From positions 19,849,045 through 19,913,044 of the forward strand of contig NC_092680.1 in NCBI RefSeq assembly GCF_964355755.1: DNA of 64,000 nt, read 5' to 3'. A program made the translations under genes and the position numbers. Of this stretch, positions 40,827 to 53,587 are shown in pieces (the stretch's first letter is position 1; each line of letters opens with the position of its first letter). Below the pieces are notes generated by a model, which did no database searches, was not told the DNA's origin, and saw nothing but the letters and a program-made list of their open reading frames with translations. This DNA comes from Antedon mediterranea. Lineage: Eukaryota > Animalia > Echinodermata.

Positions 40827-40872
40827 CTTTTCCGAAAGACAGAAGGCAGACAAGTAGAATTAGCGAATCCAT
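40827..40872 (-). CDS. nAChR alpha subunit (alpha2/3/4/6-like), coding exon 1 of 6, signal peptide MDSLILLVCLLSFGK(G)
   Basis: ATG at 40872, hydrophobic peptide, phase-1 donor AAAG|gtaagt at 40826. Joins in frame to exon 2. An upstream acceptor ttacag at 40955 suggests further non-coding exon(s). Confidence 0.85.
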
Positions 40873-43800
40873 TGTGTAGAAAAACGTAGGCCTAACTAGG
40901 TAATTAATATAAAAGGACCACGTCTTCTCAGTTAACAGCACAACGGGTTATCATCTGTAAGATAAATACAAAATGAATTGATCACCGAATAATCATCATC
41001 GCCATGTTTCAAAATGAACTCCTATTTTTTTTTTCTCGTTCTTTTCACACTCTCGTCTTTTTATATTTTCTGTAGGCTTATACAGTAGGCCTAAAACAAG
41101 TTAATGTTCAAAGCCTCTCAACATTGCCCTTTTTCTACTAAAACATGAATAAAAAAGACAAACATCTCTAACGTGAAAATGCACATTAATTATGTTTATG
41201 ATTTCAATAGGTCTATATAATAGTTATTTATCATTGAAACACGAGTGCCCATGAAATACGTAGATTATGAGTCTCAGTAACCAGCAACATTGTATTCCTT
41301 ACACAGTCTGATATAAATCTCATCTATACTGTAACACACACTAATGCTAGACTATTATACGTCAGATACATTACAAACATTAACGATACATTGTTTACAA
41401 GGAAATCAGTCTATGGTGCCAAACTAGATATTATAACTTACCGTGATATGATGAGACAAACATATCTTATGCCTACATGTTATTTTCCGTTATTATTTCC
41501 CTACCGTTCATTAGATACAATAATAAAGTGTGTTTAATTAGGCTAAGATTAGTCTCAAAGGATCATGGACAATTCACCATTATCATTCAAATTTAGCTCA
41601 GGCCTTGTTATGTGTACATAGAAAAGCGTTCGATACGTTGACAACAGCATACCTTGTATAAAACATAAAAGGAGCTATTCAATTTATCGGGTGATTTTTA
41701 ATGGACGTAAAAAGCATAACCTTATTATGTCAAGGTCATGATGGTATTGTGAAGATAACATTATTGCCACCGTTAAATAATAATAATAACACGCCTTGTT
41801 ATCAAATCAAATAGATTGGTTTGCATCTTTTCTTTAGGGAGACAATTATTAGCAATAAAGTCACAAAAGGCCTTAAAAACGGGGTAATAGGCCTATAGGC
41901 CGGCCGGTGCCTAATGTTTTTACTCTCTTGAAAATATGTAGGCCTATCCGTGCATTTTTAGGTAGGATACATCATGTATATTCACCCTATTATTCACATT
42001 GTAATACGGCCTTATTCACGAGCTTATATCTTTATATTATACTGCATAGGTCCAAGATTTCAATTAAAATATTCTAAGCATTTAAACATCCAGGGCAATG
42101 TTAAATTTTATTACTTTACGAATTGTTTCGCTTCCCATAAATCCTCAACTTTAAATGCTATTTGGTGATAATGTGTTGTAACATTTAATAGTGAAAAACT
42201 TCAAAATGTCACTCATCACCCTCATAAAAAAAAAATCTTCTAGTAATAGGCTACTGTTTTAGTCTGAATTTGTATACATACAGTCTCAAGTTTAAAGGTT
42301 AAGTTTTGTTTTAAAGACAAAACAGGATTTAATATCAATGATACAACTTGAACGAACAATAACGTTACACAACAATATCAAAGAACACAGTGTTATACAG
42401 TGTATTATTAGCTGTAAGATAATATGATAATAATGATGAGTTATAAGGCAAATGTTGATGTTAAATGATGAGTGTGTTAATGACATAAGAACTGATGATA
42501 TGACAGGCCGTTAATGATCTCATACGATAAAGACAGTCAAGATAAGATTTAAAACAAATTACTGTATAAATAAAACTGTAACAATAGGCCTATGTGAGTG
42601 GGCTTCATAATAAACCAACCATTATTTGGACTGACGCGAGAAAACTTGAAAGAATTGGTTAGTAATTAAATGTTTCGCGATTCGCGATTGGTAAATCTAT
42701 AACTTCATATTTTTCTCCAACTACTATTTTTTTTTAGAGAAATATGATATTAGTAATTTAAATTTTGTAATTTTAGATTTCCGATTGGTAAATCTATAAC
42801 TTTCCTGCAACTATTATTTTTAAATGTTGACATTTCTACTCATTCCAACAGTTGTACCATTGAAGTTTGTTCTTCAAGAATGATAGTGTGGTTATGGTGC
42901 TGTAATATGACCTGACGACACCTAGATGGATTATTTCTGTTATTTGAAATCCATTAAAGTAATCATTCAGAACATGCTGAAGATTCAACGTTGATGGTTA
43001 ATGTCTAACCACTTAAGATTCTCCGTTCCCCCTGTCTTGTTGAGTATTCACTTTCCATATTCGTTAACATTATTTAATAGCAGAAAAGTGTTCAACTTGA
43101 ATACTCGGTCTAGTAATATTAACAAATGCCACAAAAAGGTTAAAATGTCAGAGTTATCAGACCAAATGTAAAAAAACAATGAACAAAGCGGAAATGAAAA
43201 TCTTGAGAAAATCAGTTTAAGAAGGTTATTAAAAAAAAATTACCATAAGACATGCAAATAACACATCTTCTCTGACGTCATTGATCATTGAGTACGACAT
43301 TACGATTGTATTGGCAAATAACATCATGAAAGACATTACTGTTGATTAGTTTTCTGTCTAAGTTCCAAATTAATAATTGTAATAAATACTTTATGACTGA
43401 AGCATACTTTGAGAAATAGCAAACTATTCCGAATTCACATCAAGCTCATAGCCAGGGGTAAGGGTCAACGAACGAACCTTATCCTTTTTGCTGAAGTGGC
43501 CCTTTTCAATGAGACCAGCAGCAAAAGTGATGATAGTTCTCTCCTTTATGACACTTTTTGCCTTTTATGGAAAACATCCTGTACATACACATGATGAAAA
43601 AAATAAATAAAAAAACGAGTGATATTTTTCAACTAATTACAATTCTTCACTCTATGAATTCAGCAGACTGAGTACAGATACCTGAATGAATTCGAGATAC
43701 GGTATCTCTACAGGATACTTAGACAATGTCTTGATTAATGACACACAGCCAAAGAAACAACGTTAATAAACATCTCAGGAATACGTGTATATATGCACAT

Positions 43801-46800
43801 GTTGAAGAATACTAACATCCTAGACTATAAACAATCCGTACTGCTTTAAATGATATCTTTATTGCAGTATGGTAGGCCTAGGTATGTGCAGATCCAAATA
43901 ATCCACGGATCATTACAAGGTATTTGAAATTGATTCGAAGTTGAAAGAGCGTGATTAAAGGTAAATATCATAGGCAGATTCATGGGGGATTCCATGTTGG
44001 TTGCCCCGTTGAGTTTGTTTAATTTAAGAACATGTTTAGAGCCTAACTTTCTATTTCTGAAAAAAACCTCAAAACACGAATATATAGAACCGATATACTT
44101 GGTGCACGTGTCATAACAAGAGCATCTCTATTCTATTTAAAAAATGGCAACTTGGGGTTAAAGAATAAATACTTAAAAGCGTTATGCGAAAAAAGCTCAT
44201 GTTTTATCTAAATTAATAATACGAGGTTAAATACAGCTAAATCTGGGCTTGTGGCTTACAACTTGTTGTATTTTTAAAGAATTTTACAATTATCCAAAGA
44301 TATTGGGACGATAAAAAAATGCTTTAAATATATTGTAATAACCTTCAACGTATGTCTCTTTAAAATACGATCTGGACGTCAATCCGGCTTTAATTTAAAC
44401 TAGGCAAATAACATACGCCACTACTAAAAATAATGTCCAACCTTTCCATTCAGACAAGGAAATTAGTGAGAATAATACGACAGAATGCATATTACGCAAC
44501 GAGTCATATACCCTAAATGATATGCTTCAAATAAAGGCAGCAAGTATCGTCGTCTGCTGTTTATGCTATGCCGTATCAATGACAAGAGCAATTTCATGAT
44601 TTACTGGGTACTTGTTTTAGAGTGTTATATAAAACTACTTGAAACTACTATTGAAAGATTAATTTAGTACCGGAGTAGCATGAAGAACATATGCCATTAT
44701 ACAATATGTTTTGTTTCTGCCCGACGAATCTTAGACTGTCTCGCACTTGCGAATAAGAAATACATCTATAAACATTATTTTAACTTTCGTCATTATGTTT
44801 TAGACGCCTCGCTATATCTATAAATATCCAATACATTTTATTTCTTTACATTTTAAAAACAAAATGTTAAATTTGTAAGTAATAAATATGAATACATATT
44901 TATAAAAAGAAACCGTGAGGGTTTTTTGACGAAACTTTTGATTTATAATACTGTATTTCAATTTAGGCCTATTATTGATTTTTCTATGACTCAGTTTGCC
45001 CTTGTGGCGTTTCATAGTGACTCTTTTCGGAGAATGTTCAGACATCAATATGTTCAATTGATTGATGAATTAGTTTTAAAAAGTTGAAGACCTACTTAAT
45101 TTAAAGTTGTCTTAAAACATTGCATTCACTAATGTCGATAAAATTCATCAAGGTACGTCTAAATATTATGTTCTCGTGCATTACAGGCATGTAAGCCCAA
45201 CCGTTATATTCAGCTAACAACAATACATTGCCTTACAATTTTGGCTTTGCTAAACACATGTTAAATTTGAGGGCGACTATTTCAGATAACCTCAACTCTT
45301 GTAGTCCTTCTGGTACAACGTTTATCAATAAAACTTTTATAACTCGTCCATATGTCATAGCTGATTGAATTTAGAAGTAGTTAAGAAATGTCCAACAACG
45401 TGTGTCTTTACAGGCACCATCGATTTGGAAATTCCCCAAGTGGAAGATAAAATACTTCGTTTGAAACTTCAACATACCCTTTATTTTAAATACTAATATA
45501 TCTTAAATCACAGAGAATGCGTTTGTTTATTTAAAAGATTTGTAATAAAGTACATGCGTTCCTATATGAAAATATCAACGATTGGTTTTTAACCACTGTT
45601 GTCATTCTCGCATCATTATAATGGGCTGTGTGTTGTAATCGATAAATATGAATCAATTTAGATGCGTACAGTAATGAACACGCACACCGTGAATTATTCT
45701 AATTAACTGAAATAGTCAAATTAATCAATTATGTTTGTAACTGATATTGGAAGGGTGATGTTGGTGTTTTGGAGGCGAATCGTAACGAACTTGTTTTGCG
45801 CAGATAGAGAAAGGTTAGGCCTATAATTTGTGCTTCAAAAGAGAGTGTAGAAGGATTATTATTGCTTGGTTGAGCTTAGCTAGAATGAGGTTGAACTTTA
45901 CAGTTAAAAAATGTGTGAAGAAAATATCTGTAGGCCTATTTATTTGAGAGTGGGCTTGGTTGTGACATTAGGATAATAGCAAAAATTAACCGTTTTTATT
46001 GTTCATCTAAATCTAAAATAACAATTTCAGACAGGCTACTTTGTTTGACACACTGAGCTGAGTAGATGGCCATTATTATCGCGATGTAAACCAATACAAA
46101 CAATACACCAAAATGCATTATGTTTAGAGTTCATTATCGATCCATTTCAATAATAATATCTTGTACAATAAATCTGACATTTATACATGTTGTGTCACTG
46201 TACTAGGTGACGTCATCTATTACTCGTGCATTGTATTACTGATTATTACTTTTACAAGCACATCAATCTTGGTGAAGTAGTTGTACTGCGTAATAATATA
46301 GGCCTACTGAACATTGGTGTTAAAATATTAAATTCACTCCATCCGCAAATAATACAAATTTAATAATAGGGCCTAACATACAATTTTTATTACATTGATT
46401 TCTTTTTAAAATGTATGTTTATTTTTCTTTAGCTTCATTATTCATTGATTGAAAAACGTTTAATATTAAAATAAGGTGAAACATAATTTAAACTTCTACA
46501 TTATTCTCCTTCTCTCAATTATGATTATAAACCAACCGTTAATAAGTAATCTGTAAGAGACAACAGAATACCCAGAGAGAGGTACCGTAGCAAAGGACCA
46601 GATAGACACGTGTCTACGAGTTCTATTTGCTTATACAACATTTTACAGTACCAAGAAATCAATGGCAGAGCTATAACTTATAATAAGGAATATAAACATT
46701 TATAATATAATTGATGTATGCTCTACTTCTGTCTTGGAGAGCATAATTACCAAACTCAGCGATATACATGAGATTATAGCATCTCAATTACCTAGTTTAC

Positions 46801-47049
46801 TTTGTGTTATTGAGACCCGACTAAATGCTTCAATAATTAACTCGGAAATCATCCATAACTCCAACAGTATTATCACACAAAAATTAAAGACATTTTGAAA
46901 AAAAAGCTGATGGCATTGCTTAAAAGATCTTAAACTACTGTGGTTGGTAAGAGGACCAAGTGAGGTCAAACGGCGAAGTATAGAAAGATAGGTTTGGTAA
47001 TATCCATGATATTCTGCAATCATTATAACTTTTTCTTGTTTTTAAATTT

Positions 47050-47207
47050 TTAATGATTTTTGAACTGTGTATTGTTTTTTAATTTATTGTAGATAATTTC
47101 TTCTTCTTATGTTCTTCTTTGGCCCCAGACATTTTCATTTTATGGTGACTCTGTTGCTTTTGGGGTCCCAGGACATGATGTCGAATAAATAAATGAAATG
47201 AAATGAA
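47050..47207 (+). mobile_element. LINE 3' tail remnant
   Basis: Ends GTCGAATAAATAAATGAAATGAAATGAA, matching the 19597 element; short GC-richer 3'UTR. Confidence 0.45.
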
Positions 47208-47473
47208 GCTAAATCATAACTAAAAGTAGGCCTACAAAATGTATTATTATATATTATTAATTTGTGTAAATTGGTTTAATCAAAATTGTTATGTTTATTT
47301 TCCATCAGGAGTGTAGAGGAAAAGCAAAAGCAATGTATTGCCATCTTAAAGTGCTTAACAAGCGATACAAACAAAACAGTAACTGATGTAACAATATAAA
47401 TAGAAAAAAATATAAGCCTCTTTCACTATTTTGTTTCATCATTATTATTATTATAATTGCTGATTCTGTTTCT

Positions 47474-48992
47474 TTTTTTTTCTCTTTTGTGGCGCAAACA
47501 CCACTTTTATTCACATTCATATTATCTCATATTGCATAAAATCGTATTATTTAACTTGTAAATGTCGTTACAGTTCATAAGTAACATTTTTACATAATGA
47601 ATTCTGTATTACTCCTTTTTTCATTAATTTTCTTATATTTTGTTATACACTTGACAGGATCATCATTATCATCTATCCCGTTTTAAAATAGTTCACACAT
47701 TTTCATTTGTTTGTTTTCATTTTACAACCCGGATTATACAATATATTTATATACATGATAAAAAAAACAATAATAGCTCAGTACCACCAGTAACCCGTAT
47801 CACTGTAATTCTTTTTCAGTTAATCGTATCAAATTAGAAATTATATTATCATAATCTTATTTCTTAAAGCTACCCATTTTTCTATACTTGTTTCTTTATT
47901 GTTATATGTTTCACATTCAATGTTATATAACATATTGCTTTTAAATGAATTCCATAAAGATTTACCCACTGGCTTATTTAGTGCAGATAACATTTTTATT
48001 CTATAAATAGTAAATGCTGCAAAAGTGTAAATATAATCTATTAGCTTATCTCCCGTTCCTAGTATTAATTGTTTAAATGATATATTATTGTGATTTAAAC
48101 TTACAAAGATACTAAGCATTTTCCTCCAATATTTCTGAATAAATCTACAACTAAAAAACAAATGATTTTCATTTTCAATTTCTCCACATTTGTCACACGT
48201 TTGTGTTTCCTTAACTTTCCACTGATACAGCCGTTTGTTGGTAGGCAGTATTCTATGTAACATCTTATAATTGAATTGTGCTAGTTTCTTATCTTTCATT
48301 TTACATACTTTCCGTAACCAAGAAGTTTTCCAATCAATGTTGTTATCATTGAAGTACTCTTCCCATTTTAGTTGTGACATTGGAATAATGAAATATTCTT
48401 TCACAAACCATGAGTATATTAGTTTGGTAGTATTATTCTCATACTTGGTCCCAACTAATTCATCATTATCATCACAATTGAAAATATCTACCTCCTTAAT
48501 AATACGTTTCCATTGAATTGGTATTGCCTTAATAATGCATAAATACTCATTTAACCAGTTTGTTTTACATTGTAGTTTCACCAGTATTTCGTTTGATGTT
48601 AAAAAAGTGTTCTTATTAACAATGTCTTTAATACTGATAATGCCACTGTCAATCCAATGCTTGTAGAAAAGCGATTTTTTTTTATAGTTTAACGTAGTGG
48701 TTTCCCCACAGTTGCTCATTCATTATATCGTTATAAGTTTCAGGTTTTTTTTTAGAGATTCTGTTATAATTTAGGTAGGCTTTTATCATATTTTTGTAAA
48801 ACAGTGGAATTTTATCAGAATTAACATCAATAATGTTATAACATGACATATTAAGTAAAACATTAACATCACATATTTTTTTAATATAATACATTGGAAT
48901 ATTTTTCCATTTAGCACCATCATCATTCATAATTCTTTTTAACCAGCCACACATGAGTGCGTTAACATGAAGAGTAAAATCAGGCATTTTAA
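47474..48992 (-). mobile_element. 5'-truncated Tx1/L1-clade non-LTR retrotransposon (ORF2 C-terminus, zf-RVT), with poly(A) and 16 bp TSD
   Basis: ORFs 48682..48987 and 47841..48719 joined by one frameshift; LKMPDF, QLWGN, QFNYKMLHRILPTN and CDKCGEIENENHLFFSC motifs; AATAAA ~47506, poly(A) 47474-47481; TSD TGCTGATTCTGTTTCT at 47458-47473 and 48993-49008. Confidence 0.92.
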
Positions 48993-50507
48993 TGCTGATT
49001 CTGTTTCTAAAAAAAGTTAGAAATTTATTTTTAAAACTATTAGTAATTTAATAAGTAATATGAATATATTATTAAATATTTATTTTTATTTTTAACCCAT
49101 TCAAAAATTGGCAACTGGGCTAAAAATGTTTGGAATAGCAATTTATCGTATTTGCTGCTCCTTCACGAGGGAAAACAACTCTAAGTAGTCTCTAAATTTG
49201 AAGGCGCCTTTAATCTTAAGCCTAGGCTAATACAACGGGCTGTGGACAAATGGGAAAACGCAATTACAAGCACTTTATTTTCGATTTAAGAAAACACATT
49301 TCAGCATCATATTAACCAAATGTCTATAGCATAAATCTAGAAAAACACGATTCTCTCGCCCTATATCCCTATTTTCTTAATACACTATACTATTCCAAAG
49401 GCCTATACTTGCGTCTGTGTACATTTGTTATACGAGACATATTTATTAAGACGATATGAATATCTTAAGAAACATTATATTTGTTGAAGGTCGATAAAAA
49501 TGTTGATATCATACTTAGAATTCAAATATTATAATTTATTACCATTATTATCAAAAGTGTCTTTATAATTTACTTCGGTTGGTAACCCCCATCCCCATGG
49601 CGATTATTGTGTTGTTTAATTTATCTAGATCCATACATTGCACATTTATTATTGTGTTTTATTACCTATTCTCCAGAAAATTCATTTCTTTATTATGAGT
49701 ATTTCTTTATTACAAGCATTTGTTTTTGATTAAATATTATACGATGTTATATATTGTTACTCATTATTAATATTATATCCAAAGCACTAACAAAATGTGA
49801 AAATAAATATGAAAATATTGTATTATTTTTTAATAGAGGTGACTCACAAGATAAACCAGAACAACAGACACTCAGAGAGCAACCAACTACAATATGCTTA
49901 CTAAAAAAAAGGAATAAATAAATAACATAAATATTTAGCTGTGTTATAAGAAATAAATTGGTAGCAAGGCACATGTGACGCCTGTATCATAGGCCATAGC
50001 TTGACACAACCTTCGAATCGAATTATGGCGGCTAACCGTAACAAACATAGGAAGTAAAAAACACGAAGCAGTCAGTTCCTTTTATCGTTACAAAAATGCA
50101 TAGTTAATTTTCAACAATTAGACGGTCAGTAAAGAGTAGATGAGTAGTACATACTGGAGAATCGTAAAATTAATGAGTACACATAAAGCTACATATATTA
50201 AAAGTATATGTATGGCGACTAGATTTATCATAATGAAAACTGCCCACTAGAAATCGGATACACACTTTCATGTATACATGATAATATATAAAAAAAATAT
50301 GTGATATGTTTTTCTTTGACCTTTTCTATAAATCACAAAAATTTTCGGAAATTTAAATTATCTTTATAAATTAGGGCAATATATATGAACACAGTTAAAA
50401 AAAATATTAAGACAAAATGTATTCGTATTTACTTAGTGTTTAGCTCAACTATTATTTATACTGGTCATAGAAATAATATAATAAACATTTATATCACCAG
50501 TGCTTAA

Positions 50508-50686
50508 AGCTTGGTTCCCACTAGAACGTAACGCAAGGACGTAAACGCAACGCAAGCGTTTTAACCAATGACAAGCGAAGTTATAGACAGTTAGCAATCA
50601 CAAGCGAATAAGCCATCGCTTGTGATTGGTCAATTCACTTGCGTTGCGTTACGTCCTTGTGTTGCGTCGCTAGTGGGAACCACTCT
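50508..50686. mobile_element. MITE, 179 bp, second near-identical copy
   Basis: Same sequence as 9539..9717; TAA/TTA flanks. Confidence 0.88.
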
Positions 50687-51049
50687 TTAGGGCTATAACA
50701 CTAAGAGTCTTAAAATGCATGTTTTAATTGTTATTTTACCTTTTAAACTAACGTCCAGTTTTCGCGGTTCTTTTAAACTGAAATTGGACCACGTGTAAAA
50801 GAAACTGTACTGCCAACAATCGAAACATAGATCAAAACGCGATGAGATACGTACAGTAGTTAACGTTTTATTTTTTACGACGCGTCGCGCGATTACGCAG
50901 CTATGCTATTGATTTCAACAATCATTATACGCATGCTCAAATGTTTCTGAGCGTGCGCAGAAGTAAATAGAAGCATGGTCTAGTGGTCCGCCATGAAAAT
51001 GATTGATCCATAGTTATTAGCAACCTATTTGATTACTTTGGCTTTAAAT

Positions 51050-51178
51050 TATTACAGTTTTTTCAGGTAAATATTTTTTTTTCGATCAAATTTTGGTCAA
51101 AGTGGATAACTATTATGTGGCATTAAAATGGCATATTCAACGTTTTAAGAATTATTTTTTCAGGGGAACAATACATCT
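51050..51178. mobile_element. Related Kolobok-type terminus in opposite orientation; partner end not found
   Basis: GGGGAACAATACATCT|TTAA. The reverse complement shares CATAATAGTTAT...ACCAAAA..TCGAAAAAAAA with 30769-30900. Confidence 0.65.
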
Positions 51179-53441
51179 TTAAGGGTAGAATAAGGACATT
51201 ATGTTTCTATATCATTTTGTATCATACTATCATACCTTGTTGTTGTACTGTTTCGGATGACATGTTGTCTATGATTTAACAGTACTGTAGTAAAATGACA
51301 CTAGTATTTATATATATTTTATTGAATAAGTTCTGACTGACTGAAGGAATGATTTACGACAGTTAGTTTTATGTACGGGCGTATAACAAAATCATTGACA
51401 TTCGGTAGCTGATGGACACCCATGATTGAAATGACAACGTTTGTAATATTGATTTAATGAACTAACATGTTTGACAAGTTATTGTTTATCATATTTGTTC
51501 ATCAATTGCACTATAGGGTGGTACCCGCAATACAAATCAATGGTACATTGCACAGCCGGCTCTGACAGCAGCTCATATGAACGTGACCTGATTTTCATTC
51601 GAACAACCACAAAAAAAAACCACACTGCTTATTGATTAAGGATCATTAGAAAGAGCAAGTATTTCTACCGATTGCTTGTTAACTGCAAACGTGCCGGAAA
51701 CTAGACAAATTTACATCTAACGTTCAAACAAAATGTTAACATACTTTAGTGTACGATAAAAATGCTAGGCGGTAATGAATGCGAGTTGCAAATTACATTC
51801 ATATAACTTATAAAAGTTGGTTGGTCTTTCTTACTACTTCACTTGGATTAAATTAGTTAAATGAATGACGGATGCCAAGATACACAAGTTGAATTATTTT
51901 CATTACATTCTCGTTATTTATTATATTACAGCAATTTTAAGTATCAAAGAACACGTATTTTCTAAGTGCAGTAAATAAAGAATAATATATGATCCTTTTT
52001 GGACTAGCGTTTCATTAATGAGTGAGTGAGAAAAAAAAAGACAAAACATGACAGAGACCAAACACGTTATGTCATATCAAAAGATATCAAGATAGATAAT
52101 GAACCCTCAGTAGGCTTAACAATGTACGCATTGTAAACACCATCGTAGACAGCAAATACTAAATTAAGATTAAAATTTCAAATCTCTGGACGTGAATCTA
52201 TCCTAAGACCTATTTAACAGAGTGTGACTTTCTACAGCTGGGCGCTTAAGCAAGGCAGAATAATGGAAAGTAAAAGGAAAATTTCGTTCATAAAGCTGAA
52301 CAGACGTGTGGAATGAAAATGAAACAAATCTATAAAGTACTATAGAGAGATTTTATTTAATTGTTAAGGTTTGGAGAAAAAAAGAATCTTTAAGTCCCAT
52401 ATTTCAGAAAGCTTAATTGCAGAAACAACTACGCACTAACTGTGTGATGTTTAATTGATGTTTCCCTATAAATAAAACGTTGCTGCAACCACATTAATAC
52501 AATCTCATGTAGGCCTACCCATTGTAGGGTGTAAACTGTAAGCCTACCCATTGTAGGGTGTAAACTGTATGTAAATCATGGGAAGGGGCTTGAAATCTGT
52601 AGTTTAATTAAAGTAGTTTAATTAAAACGCATTATTAAGCTGACTGAAGTAATTAATTAAAATTTTTTCGATTGAGATGGCAATCTTGTTACAAGCTATC
52701 AAAACACTCATTCTGAAGACAACCCATTACAACGTTGTGATTTCAGTAAATGAAGCATTGGCACATAACATAATGTTAAATACTACATCGATGTACGACT
52801 CATTTTCATATTGATTGTGACTATAAAATAAGCCGTTGAGGCCTAACATACGTCAGTTTGTGATAATGGTAACACCTTAATGGAGACTGTAATCTGTAAA
52901 AATGGTCATCTTTAACCTGATCGCATTCAACCATAAATCGCATGGATATGTATTTTTACTACAGTACATCAATAATATATTATTTCGAAGAATTAGTCAT
53001 TAAAAAAATACTGCAGTATTTGATTCCTTGGCACAGTGTGACACTGCCAAACATTAGTTCGGATATCGTTACAGTTTCAGTATATCGATACACTGTAATG
53101 CGTTGATTAACGCCTCTGATCTGAACCTCACTCTCATAATACACTCTCTCCAAGAACATATTACTAACATAAATAAATCGTAAAAAAAAGGTAAAATCAT
53201 CGAATCAGATAAAGCGTGATAATATCTCGCTGTAGTCTGTATAAATCATCTGGACTAGCTTGTTGGAATAACGCTGTTAGTTTAAGTAAAGCTAGATGAA
53301 GCCCGCTCCCTAACGTCAACATTAGCCCTATGTTTAGTACTAGTTATACTATTGCTAACAATTTATATAACCTACATTCGTTTTTTCTGATTTTACACAG
53401 ACAACCTGTATATTAATGTTCTACATTTTCGTTGAACCCTA

Positions 53442-53587
53442 AGATCGGTGCGCACAAGGCAACGGCTAGCCGTTGGTCAACTCTCACTTACATTGTGCTT
53501 AAGCCGCGTAAGTAGCAGCTGGGATGATCCATCGCGTACTTATCGCGGCGCGCTTACGTTGCGTTGTGTCCAAATGGGAATCAAGAT
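53442..53587. mobile_element. Old relative of the same MITE family
   Basis: Right end TTACGTTGCGTTGTGTCCAAATGGGAATCAAGAT resembles the family right TIR; left AGATCGGTGCGCACAAG is a degenerate left TIR. Confidence 0.45.

Noticed and set aside
44900-45450. Possible decayed retroelement coding remnant
   Set aside because: No diagnostic motif could be read with confidence.
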